Part shown: positions 55,328 through 63,028 of the stretch, piece after piece
How the letters are laid out: each line of letters begins with the position of its first letter
Numbering within the stretch: position 1 is the stretch's first letter
Assembly: GCA_017507905.1 (NCBI GenBank)
Contig: JAFWAA010000061.1
Span: 404 to 64,403 of the forward strand
DNA length: 64,000 nt
From: Clostridia bacterium
Lineage (GTDB): Bacteria > Bacillota > Clostridia > Oscillospirales > CAG-272
Direction: 5' to 3'
Program-made: the position numbers and the translations under genes
The notes under the pieces: generated by a model
What the model was told of the DNA's origin: nothing
The model's database searches: none
Seen by the model: the letters and a program-made list of their open reading frames with translations, nothing else

Positions 55328-56706
55328 GCCTGGACCTCCTCGTAAACGATCTTATTGATCGCGTTGATGTATGCACGGATGCTTGCACCGATGATGTCGG
55401 TGGAGATCCCGTTGCCCGAATAGAGCTTGCCGTCGGCGCGGAGCTTGACCAGAGCCGATCCCATGGCCTCCTTGCCCTCGGTGACCGCCTGGATCTGGAA
55501 ATCGTCCAGCTCGTAGCGGTGTCCGACGATCTGCTCGATGGCGCGGAAGGCGGCGTCGATCGGACCGTCACCGATGGAAATCCCCTGCATGGTCTCTCCG
55601 TTCTTCTCCATCGTGATCTGTGCGGTGGAGGAGATGACGTTGCCGTTGTTGACGACGTAAGCCTTGATCTGATAGGTCGCGGGGACCTGCAGAGCCACGC
55701 TCGCGATCACGGCCTCCAGCTCCTTGGAGCCGACCTGGCGGTTGCGGCTGACGCGGCAGAACTCCTCGTAGACCTTTGCGCGGTCCTCCTCGGAGAGATC
55801 GTAGCCAAGCTGTACGGCGGCCGCATCCACGGCCTCGCGCCCGTCGTTGGCGTCCAGACGGATCTCGGCCTGCTCGGCGGCAGGAGAGAGCACGAGCTTC
55901 TCGCTCTTTGCGCCGTCAATGATCCAACGGATCTGCTTGACGTTGCGGTGCAGCTCGGTCGCGCGGACGGCCGTGCAGAGCTCGTAGGTGTTTCCGCAAT
56001 TCTTGATCATATCCACGAAGGCCTCAAGCGAGACGGCCTCGCCCAAAACCGCCGTCTTGACGCCGTCAACGCCTGCACGGACGGCCAGAGCAGCCGATGC
56101 CGCGGCCATGCCGTTCTTATCGTTGCAGCGCACGTAAACGGGAACGGAGATGCGCTTGGCGATCTCCCCTGCAAAGGCGGCAAAATCGTCGGGCATCATC
56201 TCGGCGGCACTGTCGCAAAGGGTGACCGAGGTCGCGCCCGCGCCGATAGCGGCCTGCAAAGCGGCCTCAAGCACCTCGCGCTCGGCGCGCGTGGCGTCCA
56301 CGGCGCAAAGCTCCACGTCGGGGCAGGCCTGCTTTGCCTCGGCCACGCAGGCAGCGATCCACTCGATCATCTTGGGTGCCTTCTTGTGGCAGGCATACTC
56401 CATTCCCACGGGAGAGACGGGCAGCTCGATGCGGATACGGGGATGGGCGGCACCCGAAAGCGCCGCGGCCGCCAGGGCCACGCTTCCCGCTGCCATACCT
56501 GCGCCAACCGAAAGCACGCTTCCCTTAACGAAGGAGGAAACCGTGCGCACGAGCAGGGAGTCGGTCTTGGCATTGGTGATCTCGGGGAGCTCGATGGCGT
56601 CCACGTTCAGCTTCTCCAGCTGACGGGCGATCTCGATGCGCTCCTTGAAGCTGAGGGCGCCCTCAGCGCTCAAAAGCGTTGTGTCTGCAATTCTGATCTG
56701 TTTCAT
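55324..56706 (-). CDS. 2-isopropylmalate synthase-like protein with degenerate catalytic motifs and an intact LeuA regulatory domain
   Basis: ATG at 56706 follows AAAGGAGAGG. HMGL-like barrel in which DTTLRDGEQ is DTTLLSAEG and H-x-H-D-D-L-G is VRCNDKNG. C-terminal LeuA-dimer domain (GDGPIDAAFRAIEQI...GISTDIIGASIRAYINAINK). Confidence 0.75.
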   Translation of the reverse strand: MKQIRIADTTLLSAEGALSFKERIEIARQLEKLNVDAIELPEITNAKTDSLLVRTVSSFVKGSVLSVGAGMAAGSVALAAAALSGAAHPRIRIELPVSPVGMEYACHKKAPKMIEWIAACVAEAKQACPDVELCAVDATRAEREVLEAALQAAIGAGATSVTLCDSAAEMMPDDFAAFAGEIAKRISVPVYVRCNDKNGMAAASAALAVRAGVDGVKTAVLGEAVSLEAFVDMIKNCGNTYELCTAVRATELHRNVKQIRWIIDGAKSEKLVLSPAAEQAEIRLDANDGREAVDAAAVQLGYDLSEEDRAKVYEEFCRVSRNRQVGSKELEAVIASVALQVPATYQIKAYVVNNGNVISSTAQITMEKNGETMQGISIGDGPIDAAFRAIEQIVGHRYELDDFQIQAVTEGKEAMGSALVKLRADGKLYSGNGISTDIIGASIRAYINAINKIVYEEVQA

Positions 56707-56751
56707 GTTACCTCTCCTTTTTCTGTGTTCTCGTCGGAGACGGGGAATGCC

Positions 56752-57020
56752 GAAAATAAACAAGCCCCCGGGATCGGCCAATACCGATCCCGGGGACGAA
56801 AAAACACTTTCGCGGTACCACCCCGGTTGCTGCCATAGCAGCCACCTTTTTCCGAATTCCAACAAATTCTCTGCCATGATAACGGGGCAAGCCGTAGACG
56901 CTTACTGGACTTCAGCACCTCTGCTCCGGAATGAGACTTCCCTTCTCGCTCACGCCGACTCGCACCTACCGTCGGCTCTCTGAGGTGAGGAATGAAAAGC
57001 GGAATAATTCCTTCAACGCA
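56752..57020 (-). promoter_or_regulatory. T-box riboswitch leader, specifier CUC (Leu)
   Basis: Minus strand. Stem I (57020-56922) has a K-turn UGC-GUUGA...GGA-GCA, AG bulge AGAGAG, distal loop GGUAGGUGCGA, and specifier CUC-A at 56935-56932. F-box-like CCGUUA is present. T-box core GGGGUGGUACCGCG lies at 56824-56811. The terminator is a 12-bp stem (56766-56777 / 56784-56795) followed by a U-run. Confidence 0.85.
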
Positions 57021-57043
57021 TTTACATTTGAATGATGGAAATG

Positions 57044-57072
57044 ATTATAGCACGCTTTTCCCCTTTTGTCAA
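57044..57072 (-). promoter_or_regulatory. sigma-A type promoter of the Leu T-box operon
   Basis: On the minus strand: TTGACA (57072-57067), 17-bp spacer, TATAAT (57049-57044). Confidence 0.7.
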
Positions 57073-57134
57073 GGGCTTTTGCAAATTTTTCTTGAAATCC
57101 GCAAAAAATCAGGCGTTTTACCAAAGGTGTGGGA

Positions 57135-57674
57135 TCAGGCCTCGTAATCCGCGCCCAGCTGCATTGCCTTGAGGTTGACCTCAAGCATATCCGCGCGCTT
57201 GGCGGAAATGACCTTCCTCAGTGCGGCCTCGACCTTTTCCACGTCGAACTGTCCAAGCTCCTTGAGGATCTTGCCCAGAAGGATCATGTTGGCAAGCGTG
57301 GGCGTGCCGTTGTCGCTCGCCATCTGCGTGGCGGGGATCTTGACCAGCTTGACGTCTTTTCTCTCGATGTCTCTTGCGATCAGCGTGGAGTCGGCAAAGA
57401 TGATGCCGCCCGGCACCACCGCAGACTCAAAGCGATCGAGGGACGGAAGGTTCATGGCCACCAGAACGTCGGGATTGGAGACGATGGGAGAGCCCACGGG
57501 CGTGTCGCTGACGATCACGCTGCAGCTCGCCGTTCCGCCGCGCATCTCGGGACCGTAGGAAGGAAGCCAGCTGACCTGCTTATCCTCGGTCAATCCCTTA
57601 TACGCCATCAGCTTTCCGACGAACAGAATGCCCTGTCCGCCAAAGCCGGAGAACAAAAACTTGGTTGTACTCAT
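57135..57674 (-). CDS. 2-oxoacid:ferredoxin oxidoreductase, gamma subunit
   Basis: 179 aa. [22 protein letters not shown]... AGGAGG RBS. The start overlaps the beta-subunit stop. Confidence 0.88.
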   Translation of the reverse strand: MSTTKFLFSGFGGQGILFVGKLMAYKGLTEDKQVSWLPSYGPEMRGGTASCSVIVSDTPVGSPIVSNPDVLVAMNLPSLDRFESAVVPGGIIFADSTLIARDIERKDVKLVKIPATQMASDNGTPTLANMILLGKILKELGQFDVEKVEAALRKVISAKRADMLEVNLKAMQLGADYEA

Positions 57675-58426
57675 TTCTCTGCCTCCTGACTTGCCGATCT
57701 GTCCTTATAGACACCCAAGGGGTAATACGGCAGCATTTTTTCGTCGATCCACTCCAGCGCCTGCTTGGGCGTCATGCCCCAGTTGGTGGGACAGGAGGAA
57801 ACGACCTCGACCAGAGAAAAGCCCTTGCCGTCGATCTGATTCTGGAAGGCCTTCTTGATGGCCTTCTTGGCGTTCTTGACGTTCTTGACGTTATTGACGG
57901 TCACACGCTCAAGATACTCGGGGCCCTCAAGCTCGGAGAGCAGTTCGCAAACGCGAATGGGGTATCCGCAATGCTTGACGTCGCGTCCGTAGGGCGAGGT
58001 CTGCGTGACCTGGCCGGGGAGCGAGGTGGGAGCCATCTGTCCGCCCGTCATGCCGTAGATCGCATTGTTGACGAAGATGACCGTGATGTTCTCGTTGCGC
58101 GCGGCGGCGTGCACCGTCTCGGCCATACCGATGGACGCGAGGTCACCGTCACCCTGATAGGTGAAGACCACGTTCTCGGGATTGGCGCGCTTAACGCCCG
58201 TAGCGACTGCGGGAGCGCGTCCGTGCGCCGCCTCGATCATGTCGCAGTTGAAGTAATCGTAAGCCATGACCGAGCAGCCGACCGGTGCGATACCGACCGT
58301 CTTGCCCTCAATGCCAAGCTCATCCATGACCTCGGCCACCAGGCGGTGAATGATGCCGTGGGTGCAGCCGGGGCAATAATGCAGAGGAAGATCTGCCAAT
58401 GCGTTAGGCTTCTGAAAAACGATCAT
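57671..58426 (-). CDS. 2-oxoacid:ferredoxin oxidoreductase, beta (TPP-binding) subunit
   Basis: 251 aa. [10 protein letters not shown] and GDGDLASIG (TPP motif). GGAGG RBS. Confidence 0.9.
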   Translation of the reverse strand: MIVFQKPNALADLPLHYCPGCTHGIIHRLVAEVMDELGIEGKTVGIAPVGCSVMAYDYFNCDMIEAAHGRAPAVATGVKRANPENVVFTYQGDGDLASIGMAETVHAAARNENITVIFVNNAIYGMTGGQMAPTSLPGQVTQTSPYGRDVKHCGYPIRVCELLSELEGPEYLERVTVNNVKNVKNAKKAIKKAFQNQIDGKGFSLVEVVSSCPTNWGMTPKQALEWIDEKMLPYYPLGVYKDRSASQEAEK

Positions 58427-59496
58427 TCGTTCTTACCTCCATTCTTTGCAGCCTTAAGGATCGCGTCAAGCACCTGCTCGGGGGACGGGATCATTCCGCC
58501 CACGCGATTGCACAGGGTGACGGGAACGCGGCACTCGGTGGCCAAACGAACGTCCTCGATCATCTGTCCCATGGACAGCTCTACCGAAATGACCTCCTTG
58601 ACCTGCTCTGCCGCGCGGCGGAAGGGTGCCTTCGGGAAGGGCCAAAGCGTGATGGGACGGATCATACCGACCTTAATGCCCATCGCTCTTGCCTCGTCGA
58701 TGGCGTTCTTCGATACGCGAGCGGCAATACCGAAGGCGGCAATGCAGATCTCTGCATCCTCCATGCGGTATTCCTCGTACATCGTTTCCTTCTCCTCGAT
58801 CACGCGATAGCGATCGTAGCGCTCAAAGTTGGTCTCTTCGAGCTTTTCGGGAGAGAGGAACAGAGAGTTAATCACGTTATGCGGACGCTTCATGCCCGTT
58901 CCCGTCACGGCCCAAGGCTTCTCGGGCATGGGGGTCACGGGGAGATCGTCCAGGGCCACGGGCTCCATCATCTGTCCCATGGTTCCGTCGGCCAGGATCA
59001 TGGCCGTCATGCGATAGGTATCCGCCAGAGCAAAGCCCTTTACGGTCAGCTCTGCCATCTCCTGCACCGAGGAGGGGGCAAGAACGATCATGCGGAAGTC
59101 GCCGTGTCCGCCGCCCTTGGTGGCCTGGAAATAATCCGACTGGCTGGGCTGAATGCCGCCAAGTCCCGGGCCGCCGCGCTGGACGTTGACCACAAGCGAG
59201 GGCAGGTCCGCACCGGCAAGGTAGGAAAGTCCCTCACTCTTGAGCGAAATTCCGGGGCTGGAGGAGGAGGTCATCACGCGGCGTCCTGCCGCTGCAACGC
59301 CGTAGACCATGTTAATGGCCGCGATCTCACTCTCGGCCTGCAGAAACACGCCGCCGATCTTGGGCATTCTCTTGGCCATGTAGGCCGCGATCTCGGTCTG
59401 GGGAGTAATGGGATAGCCGAAGTAGTGGCGGCAGCCTGCACGAATGGCCGCTTCCGCGATGGCTTCGTTTCCCTTCATCAAAACCTTATCTGCCAT
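58423..59496 (-). CDS. 2-oxoacid:ferredoxin oxidoreductase, alpha subunit (VorB/KorA-like)
   Basis: [36 protein letters not shown]...[17 protein letters not shown] at 59496 follows AAGGTGA (a GTG at 59505 is also possible). Confidence 0.88.
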   Translation of the reverse strand: MADKVLMKGNEAIAEAAIRAGCRHYFGYPITPQTEIAAYMAKRMPKIGGVFLQAESEIAAINMVYGVAAAGRRVMTSSSSPGISLKSEGLSYLAGADLPSLVVNVQRGGPGLGGIQPSQSDYFQATKGGGHGDFRMIVLAPSSVQEMAELTVKGFALADTYRMTAMILADGTMGQMMEPVALDDLPVTPMPEKPWAVTGTGMKRPHNVINSLFLSPEKLEETNFERYDRYRVIEEKETMYEEYRMEDAEICIAAFGIAARVSKNAIDEARAMGIKVGMIRPITLWPFPKAPFRRAAEQVKEVISVELSMGQMIEDVRLATECRVPVTLCNRVGGMIPSPEQVLDAILKAAKNGGKNE

Positions 59497-59505
59497 ATTC
59501 TTCAC

Positions 59506-59712
59506 TCACCTTTCCACTTCAATGATGCAGTCGGGGCACATGGTCGCGCAGAAGGCGCAGCCGATGCAGGCCTCCTCGTTGGCGGCCTCCACGGGGTGGT
59601 GTCCCTTTTGGTTGATCTTGTCGGGGGACAGACGAAGGACCTGCTTGGGGCAGGCGTCAACACAAAGCCCACAGCCCTTGCATTTGTCGGTCTTAAAGGT
59701 TAATTTTGCCAT
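59506..59712 (-). CDS. 2-oxoacid:ferredoxin oxidoreductase, delta subunit (2x[4Fe-4S] ferredoxin)
   Basis: 68 aa. CKGCGLCVDACP and CIGCAFCATMCP. Confidence 0.9.
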   Translation of the reverse strand: MAKLTFKTDKCKGCGLCVDACPKQVLRLSPDKINQKGHHPVEAANEEACIGCAFCATMCPDCIIEVER

Positions 59713-59738
59713 ATGTCATTCTCCTTTTCTTAGGATCT

Positions 59739-60398
59739 TTAACAAATTTTTTCTTGCAGGTCAAGGGGGAAAAGCCCCTCGATCTGCTCCTTGAGCGTCT
59801 CGTAAAGAGATGCGCGCACGGTCGTCATGCGTACGGGAAGCCCCGATGCGCGGCTGACCTCCTCGGCGTACCGGAGGGAGGCAAGCACGTCCTCGGGAGA
59901 GGTCATCTCACCGAGATTGGAATTGTTGACCAGGCCCGTAAAGCGCATTCCGCAAGCGGTCTCGATCTCCCCAAGCACCTCAAGCGTGGAGGGGACGTCC
60001 TGCGTCAGCGGGCGGTAGCAATTGATGACCGCCAGCATTTCGTAGTTCCCTTCCTCGCGCAGTGCGGGAGAAATGCGTCCCAGCGCCAGCGCGCCGCGAT
60101 CGTCGCCGCCAACGTCGATCACCGCAGAGCGGCTCTTATCGTCCGTGATGGCGTAAAGGTCGGCCGGGAGCGCGGGAATATCCAGATTGGTGTTGGCGTA
60201 TTCCGAGCAGATCAGGCGAATGCCTGCCGCCTCCAGCTCCTTGCGGCTGTCCTTGGTTCGGAAATAGGGATTGACGATGTCCAGGTCTGCGACCGTGACC
60301 TCCTCCCCGCTCCGCCGAAGATGAAGGGCATAATTGACGGCAATATTGGTCTTGCCGCTACCGTAATGCCCGCAAAAAAGCGTTACCCGTTTTTTCAT
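59739..60398 (-). CDS. P-loop NTPase (MinD/ParA/CooC-like) of unknown role
   Basis: About 219 aa. Walker A CGHYGSGKTN, DLDIVNPYF, VIDVGGDD. Sits between the acyl-CoA synthetase and the oxidoreductase genes. Confidence 0.7.
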   Translation of the reverse strand: MKKRVTLFCGHYGSGKTNIAVNYALHLRRSGEEVTVADLDIVNPYFRTKDSRKELEAAGIRLICSEYANTNLDIPALPADLYAITDDKSRSAVIDVGGDDRGALALGRISPALREEGNYEMLAVINCYRPLTQDVPSTLEVLGEIETACGMRFTGLVNNSNLGEMTSPEDVLASLRYAEEVSRASGLPVRMTTVRASLYETLKEQIEGLFPLDLQEKIC

Positions 60399-60410
60399 AC
60401 ACAAAAAGCC

Positions 60411-62702
60411 TCAAAGCATATTGCGGCGGATCTTGCCGCTGGTGGTCTTGGGAAGCTCGTCGCGGAAGACGACCAGACGCGGATACTTGTAGGGAGCGGT
60501 ATGCTCCTTGACGTAGCGCTGGATCTCCTTCTTGAGCTCCTCGGTGGGCTCGGTGCCGGGCGTCAGAACGATGCTCGCCTTGACGATCTGTCCGCGCACC
60601 TCGTCGGGAGCGGCCGAAACGCCGCACTCGAGAACGTAAGGAAGCTCCATGATGACGCTCTCGATCTCAAAGGGACCGATGCGGTAGCCCGAGGACTTGA
60701 TGACGTCGTCCACGCGGCCGACGTACCAGTAGAAGCCGTCCTCATCGCGCCACGCGGTGTCTCCCGTATGGTAGTAGCCGTCGTGCCAAGCCTCGGCGGT
60801 CTTCTCAGGATCGTTGTAGTAGCCCACGGAAAGTCCGCAGGGATAGCCGTTTTTGAGGCTGACGACGATCTCGCCCGTCTCACCCACGGCCACGGGATTG
60901 CCCTCGGCGTCCACCAGCTCCACGTCGTAGATCGGTGCGGGCTTGCCCATCGAGCCGATCTTATGCGGCGCACCCGTCATGTTTCCGATGATCATGGTGC
61001 TCTCGGATTGACCAAAGCCCTCGAGGATCTGCAATCCCGTTGCCTTCTCGAACTGACGGTAGACCTCGGGGTTGAGTGCCTCGCCCGCCGTGGTCATGTG
61101 CTGGACCGAGGAGAAATCGTACTTGGAAATATCCTGCTTGATCATCATGCGCAGCATCGTGGGAGGTGCGCAGAAGGTGGTGATGCCGTACTTGGCAAAC
61201 ATGGGAAGGATATCCGAGGCGTCGAAGCGGTCGAAATCGTAAACGAAGGTGGCCGCCTCGCAGAGCCACTGGCCGTAGAACTTGCCCCACATGGATTTTG
61301 CCCAGCCCGTATCCGAGATGGTAAAGTGCAGGCCGTCGGGATCCACGTTGTGCCAGTATTTTGCCGTATGGAAATGTCCAAGCGGATACTTGTAGTTATG
61401 TGCGGCAATCTTGGGATAGCCCGAGGTGCCCGACGTAAAGAACATCAGCATCAGATCGTCGCCGCCCGGTGCATTCTCCGGACGCTTGTAGTGCGTGCTG
61501 TAAAGCGTGTATTCCTCGTCAAAGCTTCTCCAGCCCTCGCGCTCGCCGCCAACCAGCATCTTGTGCTTGAGGGTGGGAGAGGAGGCGGCGGCAAGCTCCA
61601 CCTGCTCTGCCACGCCGTCGTCGGCGGTGCAGATGATGGCAGAGATGCCTGCGCTCTTGAAGCGATACTCAAAATCGTGCGCCTGGAGCTGGTTGGTGGC
61701 GGGAATGCCGATGGCACCCAGCTTGTTCAGTCCGAGCATGGCGGCCCAGAACTGGTAATGCCGCTTGAGCACCAGCATCACGCGGTCGCCCTTCTTGATG
61801 CCGAGCGACTTGAAGTAGTTGGCACACTGGGCAGACATCTTCTTCATGTCCTTGAAGGTGAAGCGACGCTCGGTCTTGTCCTTGGAGACGTGCAGCATGG
61901 CCAGACGGTCAGGCTCGCGCTCGGCGAGGGCGTCGATCAGATCAAAGGCGAAGTTGAAGTTGTCGATATTCTGGAATTGGATCGAGGTAGGCGTGCCGTT
62001 CTCGTCGACCTCGGTCTTGATAAAGCGGTGATAGATGCGCTCGCGATCGTCCCTCTTGGGTGCGCGCGCAGGCTCGCGAATGGCCTTGGTGGGGGTCAAT
62101 TCGGGAATGGGCTCGCCCGTGGGATTGAGAACGATGGCGTAGAATACGCAATCCTTTCCGCCAACGGCGATCATGCCGTGCGGCGTGTCACTGTCAAAGT
62201 AGATGCTGTCACCGGGGCCCAGCACCTCGCGATGCTCGCCCACCTGCACCATCAGCTGTCCCTCCACGACGAGGTCGCATTCCTGGCCTGCGTGCGTGGT
62301 CAGCTCAATGTCCCTTTGCTGTGCCTCGGGATCATAGGTGCTGCGCACGTACAGCGGCTCGGCAATACGGTTCTGGAAGGCGTAGGCCAGGTTGTAGTAG
62401 GTCATGCCGTGCGCCTGTGCGATCTTCTGTCCCGCACCCGCACGGGTGACGGTAAAGGATTTCAGCGTCGGGCTCTGACCCTCGATGATATCGGTAACGT
62501 TGACGTTGAGCGTCATGGCGCAGCGATAGATGAACGCAAAGTTCAGATCGCTCTCGCCCGACTCACAGCGAATGTATTCGGCAACGTCCACACCCGTCTT
62601 CTGCGCCATCTCCTCGGGGGAAAGCCCCTCGATCTCGCGCAGCTCGCGGATACGCGCCGCCATTTCCCGGATCTTAAAATCCAGTCCCTTCATTTGTTCC
62701 AT
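60411..62702 (-). CDS. fusion protein: XRE-type HTH plus cupin plus medium-chain-type AMP-forming acyl-CoA synthetase
   Basis: ATG at 62702 follows AAAGGGGA. HTH (IRELREIEGLSPEEMAQKTGVDVAEYIRCESGES), cupin (GQECDLVVEGQL...GDSIYFDSDTPHG), then the ACS (FFTSGTSGYPK, YHTGDTAWRDEDGFYWYVGRVDDVIKSSGYRIGPFEIES, SGKIRR). Confidence 0.85.
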   Translation of the reverse strand: MEQMKGLDFKIREMAARIRELREIEGLSPEEMAQKTGVDVAEYIRCESGESDLNFAFIYRCAMTLNVNVTDIIEGQSPTLKSFTVTRAGAGQKIAQAHGMTYYNLAYAFQNRIAEPLYVRSTYDPEAQQRDIELTTHAGQECDLVVEGQLMVQVGEHREVLGPGDSIYFDSDTPHGMIAVGGKDCVFYAIVLNPTGEPIPELTPTKAIREPARAPKRDDRERIYHRFIKTEVDENGTPTSIQFQNIDNFNFAFDLIDALAEREPDRLAMLHVSKDKTERRFTFKDMKKMSAQCANYFKSLGIKKGDRVMLVLKRHYQFWAAMLGLNKLGAIGIPATNQLQAHDFEYRFKSAGISAIICTADDGVAEQVELAAASSPTLKHKMLVGGEREGWRSFDEEYTLYSTHYKRPENAPGGDDLMLMFFTSGTSGYPKIAAHNYKYPLGHFHTAKYWHNVDPDGLHFTISDTGWAKSMWGKFYGQWLCEAATFVYDFDRFDASDILPMFAKYGITTFCAPPTMLRMMIKQDISKYDFSSVQHMTTAGEALNPEVYRQFEKATGLQILEGFGQSESTMIIGNMTGAPHKIGSMGKPAPIYDVELVDAEGNPVAVGETGEIVVSLKNGYPCGLSVGYYNDPEKTAEAWHDGYYHTGDTAWRDEDGFYWYVGRVDDVIKSSGYRIGPFEIESVIMELPYVLECGVSAAPDEVRGQIVKASIVLTPGTEPTEELKKEIQRYVKEHTAPYKYPRLVVFRDELPKTTSGKIRRNML
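61137..61223. repeat. 87-nt block identical to 63816-63902 (inside paralogous acyl-CoA synthetase genes)
   Basis: cttgatcatcatgcgcagcatcgtgggaggtgcgcagaaggtggtgatgccgtacttggcaaacatgggaaggatatccgaggcgtc occurs in both copies. The flanking sequence is clearly diverged. Confidence 0.9.
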
Positions 62703-62747
62703 TCCGTGTCCCCTTTCTGATGCGCAGATCCCTGCACATCGGCGGGC

Positions 62748-63010
62748 AAATACAAAACGCACTCGCCCCAAAGTTCGTTGCTTTGAGACGAGTGCGAAAT
62801 CACCCGCGGTACCACTCAAATTACGGCTCTCGCCGTCACTCCGGATCTGACAATCCTTATGCCTTGACGCAGCAATCACGGGAAGGTTCTACGGCCGCGA
62901 GGCTTTCTTCCTTCCGACTCGGGAGCTACAAGCAAACACCCTCTCCTATGGCTCGCACCGTCCGCCATTTCTCTGTAAGGATCCGATCAATGCCCTTCTC
63001 CGTCACCGTC
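62748..63010 (-). promoter_or_regulatory. T-box riboswitch leader, specifier GUA (Val)
   Basis: Minus strand. Stem I (63010-62916) has a K-turn GAC-GGUGA...GA-GUC, AG bulge AGAGA, distal loop GGACGGUGCGA, and specifier GUA-G at 62929-62926. T-box core GAGUGGUACCGCGGG lies at 62817-62803. The terminator stem is cgcactcg.../...cgagtgcg (62758-62796), followed by UUUUGUAUUU. Confidence 0.82.
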
Positions 63011-63028
63011 TTTCCTATGAATGAAACT

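Noticed and set aside
56707-56877. N-terminal extension of the LeuA-like ORF given by the ORF track (start at 56877). A similar extension of the ACS fusion ORF runs to 62879.
   Set aside because: The extensions run through the T-box core and terminator hairpins and have no RBS. Internal ATGs at 56706 and 62702 have strong SD sequences, and the protein families begin there.
62926-62930. Alternative specifier register UGU (Cys) for the second T-box.
   Set aside because: The antiterminator bulge reads UGGU, which pairs with an ACCA 3' end (discriminator A73). Bacterial tRNA-Cys has U73 and would need UGGA. The GUA register also places the codon directly next to the basal helix, as in the Leu leader.
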